A stretch of 64,000 nucleotides of DNA, from contig CAZOVH010000003.1 of NCBI GenBank assembly GCA_964583675.1, positions 12,167 through 76,166 on the forward strand, read 5' to 3'. Positions 57,439-64,000 of the stretch are shown one piece after another. Position 1 is the first letter of the stretch. Each line of letters starts with the position of its first letter. A model generated the notes under the pieces. The model worked only from the letters and a program-made list of their open reading frames with translations, did not search any database and was not told the DNA's origin. A program made the translations under genes and the position numbers. The DNA is from an uncultured Candidatus Saccharibacteria bacterium. GTDB lineage: Bacteria; Patescibacteriota; Saccharimonadia; CAILAD01; GCA-016700035.

Positions 57439-58550
57439 ACCGATTCGTCTTTCAGGCGACGTTTGGTCTCACGGTGACGTGCAACTGAGAGGATTATTCC
57501 CAGGATTAAGAAATTGGTCAGCATGCTCGTGCCTCCTGCAGAAATAAGCGGCAATGGGATGCCGGTTACCGGCATAATGCCCATATTCATGCCAACATTA
57601 ATTAATACATGGAACAGCAACATACTGGCGGTACCGATGCAGATAAAACTACCAAACCTATCAATTGATTCTGTGCTTAATATGTAAATACGTACGATGA
57701 GAATAACAAACAGCATAATTGCCAAAGCAGCCCCTAAAAACCCGAGCTTCTCAGCTAATACCGCAAAGATAAAGTCCGTGTGCTGAGAAGGTAAAAAGTT
57801 CAACTGACTTTGACTTCCCGACGACAACCCGCGGCCAGTCCAGCCACCACTTCCGACAGCAATTATGGCCTGAGTCACGTTGTAGCCCGTGCCCAATCGA
57901 TCAGCCTGTGGGTTTAACAATACATTAATGCGGTTCTGCTGGTATGGGGCCAGCACACTATAAAAAATTGGCAGCATCACCACGCCGGCTGCCGCACCGG
58001 CTGCCAAATAGCGCTTTTTCACGCGTGAAGCCAATGTCATGCTGAGCCAAATCACAAACAACACTAATCCTGTTCCGAGGTCTGGCTGGATTACCACCAG
58101 CATCATCGGCACAATCATAATGGCCAACGAATAAAACAAATAGCGCAGCTGATGACTGCGGGTATACACCTTTGAGTAAAACGCTGCCAATACGATAATC
58201 AGAGCCAATTTTGCAAACTCAGAAGGCTGAAACTGAAAGAAACCAATGCTAATCCACCGTTGAGCTCCCAAGGCAGAAAATCCAATAAAGTCCACAGCAG
58301 CCAGGCTGAGCACCATGAGAATATATACAACGACCGCATAGCTCTTAAATAGACGATAATCTATGCGCGCCACAATAATACAGGCAATTACCCCCACGCC
58401 CGCATACAAAAACTGTCGAGAAGCATCAATTTCACTGCGCACTTCACCGGCCTTAATACCTGAGGAATACAATACTAATAGCCCGAGCGCCACGATGAGC
58501 ATCGTCGTCGTAGCTACTACCCAATCAATTTGGCGCAGTCCCCTCCTCAT
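57435..58550 (-). CDS. rodA: SEDS peptidoglycan glycosyltransferase RodA
   Basis: GAQRWI, QPSEFAK, QPDLGT, AVGSGG, HTDFIF, TGIPLPLISAGGTS. Confidence 0.92.
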   Translation of the reverse strand: MRRGLRQIDWVVATTTMLIVALGLLVLYSSGIKAGEVRSEIDASRQFLYAGVGVIACIIVARIDYRLFKSYAVVVYILMVLSLAAVDFIGFSALGAQRWISIGFFQFQPSEFAKLALIIVLAAFYSKVYTRSHQLRYLFYSLAIMIVPMMLVVIQPDLGTGLVLFVIWLSMTLASRVKKRYLAAGAAAGVVMLPIFYSVLAPYQQNRINVLLNPQADRLGTGYNVTQAIIAVGSGGWTGRGLSSGSQSQLNFLPSQHTDFIFAVLAEKLGFLGAALAIMLFVILIVRIYILSTESIDRFGSFICIGTASMLLFHVLINVGMNMGIMPVTGIPLPLISAGGTSMLTNFLILGIILSVARHRETKRRLKDESV

Positions 58551-58554
58551 ACTG

Positions 58555-61422
58555 CTAGCTGTGCTTCGTTAAACCGATTGCGATTACGTCACCCGACAGC
58601 TTTTCTTGAGTTTGGTAGGGGTGACTCGCAACGTCACTGCTCAATTCAACAGCCAACACTTCTTGCATAATCGTTTCTTTAAAGGCTTTGAGAGCTTGCC
58701 CAACTGAATCATTCCCGGACAGAGCAAGCAGTATGCGATCGTCCACCTGCAAGCCAGCGTTTTTCCGAGCAACCTGCACAACACGGATGATATCGCGAGC
58801 CAATCCTTCCGTTTTGAGCTCTTCGGTGAGTTCGGTCGTAAGCTCTACGGTTAAGGCATCGCTAGCGATTGTGAACACCTCCTTAACATTGAGTTCTTCG
58901 GCAATAATTGCTCGCAAATCTTCAGGTAGACCTGCGTTCAAGCCAAGTGCTACTGACTGTAGTGGCTGGCGCACCTTTACCCCGGCAGAAGCTCTCTGGG
59001 CTAGCCCAAGCGTAACAATCTCTCTGACTTGCTGCATAGCTAGCAAAGCATCATTGTCTACACTCTGTGCCTCTGGCCAATCGGTAAGATGAACTGAATC
59101 TTCAAGCTTTCCGACAGTGACTTTTTGCCAGACATCTTCGGCTACAAATGGAGCCCATGGGGCCATTAGCTTGGCAGTTTGCGCAAGTATAAACCAAAGC
59201 GTGTCGTATGCTGTCATCTTATCTGTATCGTCACCACTCTTCCAAAAACGTCGTCGGCTGCGCCGCACATACCAGTTTGAGACATCGTCAAGAAAACTTG
59301 TAAGTGATCTACATAAAGACTGAGTGTCATACCCGTCGGCTGCGGCTGTTACTTCTGCAATGGTTTGATTAAGTCGAGCTAACACCCAAATATCAAGTGC
59401 ATGCTGCACGTTAGGTTGCAGTAATTTTTTATTCGGAGAATAGCCATCCACATCGGCATACATTGAATAAAATGTTTGTACGTTTTTGAAACGCTGGATA
59501 ACATTTCTCTGGGCTTCCTGAAGGGATCGTTGCTCAAAAACCGCAGTTTCGCCAGAAACTAATGGTGTAGAAAATAGGTAAAAACGAATAGCATCAGCCC
59601 CAAATTGATCGAAAGTTTCAGTATTTTCGGGATAATTACCAAGTCGCTTGCTCAGCTTACGACCATCACTACCAAGAAGAATACCGTGTGCCACAGCGTT
59701 CTTAAACGCTGGCTTACCAAACAGTGCCACGCTCATCACATGGAGTGTGTAGAACCATCCACGAGTCTGTCCAACATATTCTGTAATGAAGTCAGCCGGA
59801 TGACCAGATTCAAATCTTTCTTTGTTCTCAAAGGGATAATGCATTTGAGCAAAGGGCATGGAACCTGATTCAAACCAGCAATCAAACACATCTTCAATGC
59901 GTCGTGCAATTTTACCCGAATCAGTCTTGAGCTCAATTGCATCTACGGTTGGGCGATGCAAATCCTTTACCAGCTCTGGCCTCACAGCACGAGCCTTGAG
60001 CTCTTCTAGAGATCCAATGACTAGGATTTCACCGTCGTCAGTCTTCCACACAGGGATTGGTGCGCCCCAGAAGCGTTTACGACTAATATTCCACTCTCGC
60101 GCATTCTCGAGCCACTTACCAAAAGCTCCGTTCTTTACGTGTGCTGGATACCAATTAATTTCCTGATTAGCGGCCAATAGTTGATCCTTGATTTTAGGGA
60201 CATCCACAAACCAAGCACTCATAGCTCGATAGATAATCGGCACATCGGTGCGCCAGCAGTGTGGGTATTTATGCGTGATGATTGCCTTACTAAATAACTT
60301 CCCAGACCTATCGAGGTCTGCCACTATCTCCCCGTTGGCATCAAACACCAATCGACCAACATAATCTTTTACTTCGTCTGTAAAGCGGCCCTCATCGTCT
60401 ACTGGACTCGCAATAAGTACTCGTTCTTTTTTACCGAGCCAGTAATCATCCTCGCCATGACCTGGAGCAATATGCACAACCCCAGTTCCCTCACCCGTTT
60501 CTACAAAGTCCCCAGCCACAACTCGAAAAGCGTTGTCTTGACCTTCAAAATATGGAAAAAGAGGCGTGTAGGTTACACTTACAAGCTCAGACCCCAGCAA
60601 ACTATCTCCTCGCTGATAGCCCTCTAGCGCATCCGAATAGCGCTCCAATGCATCCTCTGCCAAGATAATAATCTCATCATTCCGGCGCATCTCAACATAA
60701 GTAATTGATTCATTGACAGCTAAAAGCATATTGGCCGGCAACGTCCAGGGAGTTGTCGTCCAGCCCAGCAAATACCGACCATCGGCAAGCGCAAACTTAA
60801 TTGTTGCCGTTAAATCCTCTCTGTCGCGATAACTATCATCCTGTCGGGTTTCAAAGTTAGAGAGCGCAGTTTGCGCGCCATAGCTATACGGAACCACCCG
60901 CTCACCCTCGTAGATGAGGCCTTTTTTATGAAGCTCAGAAAAAGCCCATAGTACCGACTCCATATAATCCTGATCCATGGTGCGATAATCATCGGCAAAA
61001 TCCACCCAACGACCAAGTCGATCGACATACTCATGCCACTCCGAGCTAAAACGCAAAACTGAATCTCGGCAGTAACCCACAAAGTTCTCGATGCCATATT
61101 CGGCGATGGCTTTCTTACCAGAAATTCCGAGCTCTTTCTCTGCCAGCATCTCGGGCGGGAGGCCGTGGCAGTCCCAGCCAAACCGACGCGGCACATACTT
61201 TCCGCGCATTGTTTGGTAACGAGTAATGGCATCCTTTAGCCCTGAAGTGAGCATGTGTCCTAAGTGTGGCAAACCATTCGCAAATGGCGGCCCATCATAA
61301 AACACGTAACGCTCAGCTGCTTCGCGCTGAGTTACGGTTCGAGCAAAAATATCTTGTTTCTGCCAATAAGCTAAAATTTGCTCTTCTTCTTGAGACAGAG
61401 CGGACTTTGGTGACGTATGCAT
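58555..61422 (-). CDS. ileS: Isoleucine--tRNA ligase (type 2)
   Basis: DGPPFANGLPHLGH, GWDCHGLP, WTTTPWTL, WNISR, KLSKR, NWYVRRSRRRF; ATG 61422 preceded by TACAAT. Confidence 0.97.
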   Translation of the reverse strand: MHTSPKSALSQEEEQILAYWQKQDIFARTVTQREAAERYVFYDGPPFANGLPHLGHMLTSGLKDAITRYQTMRGKYVPRRFGWDCHGLPPEMLAEKELGISGKKAIAEYGIENFVGYCRDSVLRFSSEWHEYVDRLGRWVDFADDYRTMDQDYMESVLWAFSELHKKGLIYEGERVVPYSYGAQTALSNFETRQDDSYRDREDLTATIKFALADGRYLLGWTTTPWTLPANMLLAVNESITYVEMRRNDEIIILAEDALERYSDALEGYQRGDSLLGSELVSVTYTPLFPYFEGQDNAFRVVAGDFVETGEGTGVVHIAPGHGEDDYWLGKKERVLIASPVDDEGRFTDEVKDYVGRLVFDANGEIVADLDRSGKLFSKAIITHKYPHCWRTDVPIIYRAMSAWFVDVPKIKDQLLAANQEINWYPAHVKNGAFGKWLENAREWNISRKRFWGAPIPVWKTDDGEILVIGSLEELKARAVRPELVKDLHRPTVDAIELKTDSGKIARRIEDVFDCWFESGSMPFAQMHYPFENKERFESGHPADFITEYVGQTRGWFYTLHVMSVALFGKPAFKNAVAHGILLGSDGRKLSKRLGNYPENTETFDQFGADAIRFYLFSTPLVSGETAVFEQRSLQEAQRNVIQRFKNVQTFYSMYADVDGYSPNKKLLQPNVQHALDIWVLARLNQTIAEVTAAADGYDTQSLCRSLTSFLDDVSNWYVRRSRRRFWKSGDDTDKMTAYDTLWFILAQTAKLMAPWAPFVAEDVWQKVTVGKLEDSVHLTDWPEAQSVDNDALLAMQQVREIVTLGLAQRASAGVKVRQPLQSVALGLNAGLPEDLRAIIAEELNVKEVFTIASDALTVELTTELTEELKTEGLARDIIRVVQVARKNAGLQVDDRILLALSGNDSVGQALKAFKETIMQEVLAVELSSDVASHPYQTQEKLSGDVIAIGLTKHS

Positions 61423-61477
61423 ATCTGTTATTGTAGCGCTTTCGTCCTGTTTTCGGCAATACCCTGGACGCGTAACC

Positions 61478-61750
61478 CTAGCGATCAGACTGGTAGTGAT
61501 AACTAATGTCTGAAAGTGTAGGAAGTGTATGCTGCCACAACGCCACCGGCGAGCCATCTTGCCGGGCAATAAGTACGGCGGGGGTCTTCATAATTTGATA
61601 GATTTCCATCTGGCTTACTGATTCACGGCTCTCAGCATCCCGCACCAGCACTACCTCGTCACCAAGTTGATCACGCACGTCTTCAATAAGTCGCTGAAAA
61701 TCGCGCGTTTGCAGCACAGTGTCTGGCTGTCCGTAAAATACCACTTGCAT
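61478..61750 (-). CDS. Small Cys-less thioredoxin-like-fold protein
   Basis: Beta-alpha-beta pattern, YQIMKTPAVLI (cis-Pro-like), DG turn; located downstream of nrdR. Confidence 0.6.
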   Translation of the reverse strand: MQVVFYGQPDTVLQTRDFQRLIEDVRDQLGDEVVLVRDAESRESVSQMEIYQIMKTPAVLIARQDGSPVALWQHTLPTLSDISYHYQSDR

Positions 61751-61791
61751 AGCTCCATCATACGCTTATGCTAAGACAAATATCTAGCCTG

Positions 61792-62253
61792 TTAACTTTT
61801 ACGATGACGCTTAATTTGCTGCAAAGCCTTCTCAAAACTCTCTATACTCGTAAAGCTCCGATACACACTAGCAAATCGCACATAGGCAACATCATCCAGC
61901 TCTGATAAGCCTTTCATAACGAGCTCTCCAACCTCACCGCTAGTTATTTCGGCCTCACCAAGACTATAGAGCTCTCGCTCGATTTCAGACAATAGCTTTT
62001 CGATACGCTCAGAATCAACCGGACGCTTCTCACATGCCCGATAAATACCAGCCGCAAGCTTATCCCGACTATACAATTCTCGTTCACCATTTTTTTTAAT
62101 CACGAGTAAACGAGGCAATTCTAGCCGCTCGTAAGTCGTGAAACGATGCCCGCAACTCTCACACTCTCTCCGACGCCGAATTGAACCAGCATCCTCGACA
62201 TCCCGAGATTCAACGACGCGACTATTCTTTAATTTACACTGAGGACAACGCAC
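61792..62253 (-). CDS. nrdR: Transcriptional repressor NrdR
   Basis: CPQC, RRRRECESCGHRFTTYE, ATP cone, VAYVRFASVYR. Confidence 0.97.
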   Translation of the reverse strand: MRCPQCKLKNSRVVESRDVEDAGSIRRRRECESCGHRFTTYERLELPRLLVIKKNGERELYSRDKLAAGIYRACEKRPVDSERIEKLLSEIERELYSLGEAEITSGEVGELVMKGLSELDDVAYVRFASVYRSFTSIESFEKALQQIKRHRKS

Positions 62254-62274
62254 TACCCCTCCTCTCCAGAAAAA

Positions 62275-63837
62275 CTACTTGTCTTCTGGCGGCTCAGATA
62301 CTTCAATAATTGAGCTCTCAACTTTAACACCTTTTCGGAGATAGGCTGGTTTATCAAAATCATCTTCTTCGGCTTCATCAAAACGAGATGATAACGTTTT
62401 CACAATCGGCTTTGGCTCATTATCAAGCTTTGCTTCAACTTTCTGCCTGGGAGCAATTGTTTCAGATGTTTGGTGCTCAATCGGATCACGGTCAAAGGCC
62501 TGAATGGGCTCATCAAACAACGTAGGGCTTGCATCGCGTTCGTCTTGATTGCGTACTGTAGGTTTAGCAGAAACCAGCGGATCCTCGCTAACCAGAGCGT
62601 CTTCTCGCACTCGAGGAGTGTTTGCAACGAATGGCAATAGCTCATCTTCTTCACTTACCGGTTTTGTCTCTTCTTCTTGAATTCCAGAAAATGCTGGTCG
62701 AGGAGCCTCAGGCTCAACTACAGACTCATGACTCACCGGCCGAAGCGGCTGCGGCGTACCCATCAAATCAGCAGGCTCTGGTTGCTGTTGGCTAGATTCA
62801 TGCTCATCAGCCAAATCCCCAACACTGCGCTGCGTGATTGACTGAGGAACTCCGCCAAAAAGTGCCCCTCCACGTTCTCCACGTTCAGCCTCAAAGCCGG
62901 TAGCTACCAACGTTACCTTGATTTCGTTATTCATATTCTCATCAATAACCATACCCCAAATGATGTTGGCGTCAGTATCAACCGCGTTGTGCACCAGCTG
63001 AGCTGCTTCTTCAATTTCGTGCATTCCCATATCGCGACCACCAGTAAAGTTAATCATCACACCCTTAGCGCCCTGTATAGAAACTTCCAAGAGCGGACTA
63101 TCTATGGCCTGCTTTACAGCGTCAACCGCTCGGTTATCACCATTGCCCATACCAATTCCCATCAGAGCTGAGCCAGCATTACGCATAATGGCCTCAACAT
63201 CAGCAAAGTCGAGATTTACCAAGCCGTTCACAGTAATCAAATCCGAAATACCCTGCACACCCTGACGGAGAATGTCATCAACTGTTGCGAAAGCATCCAG
63301 AAGTGATGTTTTTCGGTCAATTATCTGCAAAATGCGATCGTTGGGAATGACGATAAGTGTATCAACTTTTTCCTTAAGACGCTGAATTCCCTCTTCTGCG
63401 ATTTTGCGTCGACGATCACCTTCGAACTTAAATGGCCGAGTCACAATGCCTACCGTGAGCGCGCCAATATCACGTGCGATCTGAGCGACTACCGGTGCGG
63501 CTCCAGAACCTGTCCCGCCACCTTCGCCGGTCGTAATAAACACCATCTCAGAATTTTTAAGAGCAGCGTAAATCTCGTCTTCATTTTCTTCGGCAGCCTG
63601 TGCGCCAATTTCAGGGTTTGCGCCTGCTCCTAGGCCTCGAGTCGTTTCTTTTCCAATATGTATCTTCTTATTAGCTTGACTGTAATGAAGAGCCTGCGCA
63701 TCTGTGTTAATAGCAATAAACTCAATACCACGAATTTTGGATTGAATCATGCGGTTCAGCGAGTTACCGCCGCCTCCACCTATACCAATTACCTTAATTC
63801 GAGCAAATGCCTCAATCTCTGGTAGAACTTCTGCCAT
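62275..63837 (-). CDS. ftsZ: Cell division protein FtsZ
   Basis: GGGGGN, GGGTGSG, NLDFAD, long acidic linker, DKPAYLRK C-terminal peptide. Confidence 0.98.
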   Translation of the reverse strand: MAEVLPEIEAFARIKVIGIGGGGGNSLNRMIQSKIRGIEFIAINTDAQALHYSQANKKIHIGKETTRGLGAGANPEIGAQAAEENEDEIYAALKNSEMVFITTGEGGGTGSGAAPVVAQIARDIGALTVGIVTRPFKFEGDRRRKIAEEGIQRLKEKVDTLIVIPNDRILQIIDRKTSLLDAFATVDDILRQGVQGISDLITVNGLVNLDFADVEAIMRNAGSALMGIGMGNGDNRAVDAVKQAIDSPLLEVSIQGAKGVMINFTGGRDMGMHEIEEAAQLVHNAVDTDANIIWGMVIDENMNNEIKVTLVATGFEAERGERGGALFGGVPQSITQRSVGDLADEHESSQQQPEPADLMGTPQPLRPVSHESVVEPEAPRPAFSGIQEEETKPVSEEDELLPFVANTPRVREDALVSEDPLVSAKPTVRNQDERDASPTLFDEPIQAFDRDPIEHQTSETIAPRQKVEAKLDNEPKPIVKTLSSRFDEAEEDDFDKPAYLRKGVKVESSIIEVSEPPEDK

Positions 63838-63908
63838 TTAGCACCCTTCCTTACTCTGTACGATCGGATGGCCCACACCACCCGTCTCTGCTACACACAT
63901 ATATTACT

Positions 63909-63964
63909 TGTGAAGTTATTTCACACTTGCCCACAGTATAAATCCTGTATTCATGCAAAGTCAA
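63909..63964 (-). promoter_or_regulatory. ftsZ promoter with downstream palindrome
   Basis: TTGACT-18-TATACT; TGTGAA-N5-TTCACA at 63909-63925. Confidence 0.55.
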
Positions 63965-64000
63965 ATATTGTGTTCGATAATTTTACATGTGTTTTTTGAA

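Noticed and set aside
61423-61569. N-terminal extension of ileS overlapping the upstream small gene
   Set aside because: It does not resemble IleRS; a -10 box directly precedes ATG 61422.
63890-63975. NrdR boxes upstream of ftsZ-nrdR
   Set aside because: Only half-site matches to the NrdR consensus; no convincing tandem pair.

Overview
Mostly core chromosome of a Patescibacteria (CPR) bacterium, most resembling Saccharimonadia-type genomes. This is inferred from gene content: class I LysRS, IleRS2, short EF-Ts, PEGA and DUF5663-like proteins, and a Cys-less thioredoxin-fold gene next to nrdR. It uses the standard code 11 (prfB present, TGA stops). The window holds translation genes (rpmA, rpmE, rplU, rpsB, tsf, frr, prfA, prfB, prmC, serS, lysS, ileS, hpf, greA, tRNA-Leu-CAA), envelope and division genes (two mreB, mreCD, mrdA, rodA, murA, ftsEX with two CHAP hydrolases and an S41 protease, LCP, sortase, ftsZ), parAB, secA, lepB, pyrG, xseAB, trxB and nrdR. 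The most unusual region is a ~9 kb accessory block between secA and prfB. It contains an LPXTG surface protein, a 1014-aa coiled-coil/glycine-zipper protein with a small acidic partner, and three orphan genes with much higher GC. These three carry SD-like sites and GC-rich terminators and are separated by AT-rich spacers, two with clear promoters, although many housekeeping genes here appear leaderless. Two of them also show 5'-leader/3'-trailer complementarity. Other candidates are a switch-like structured leader upstream of an Rpf-type transglycosylase and an independently transcribed 6S-like ncRNA. No integrase, transposase or CRISPR array was seen. All calls come from reading motifs by eye; no database searches were run.
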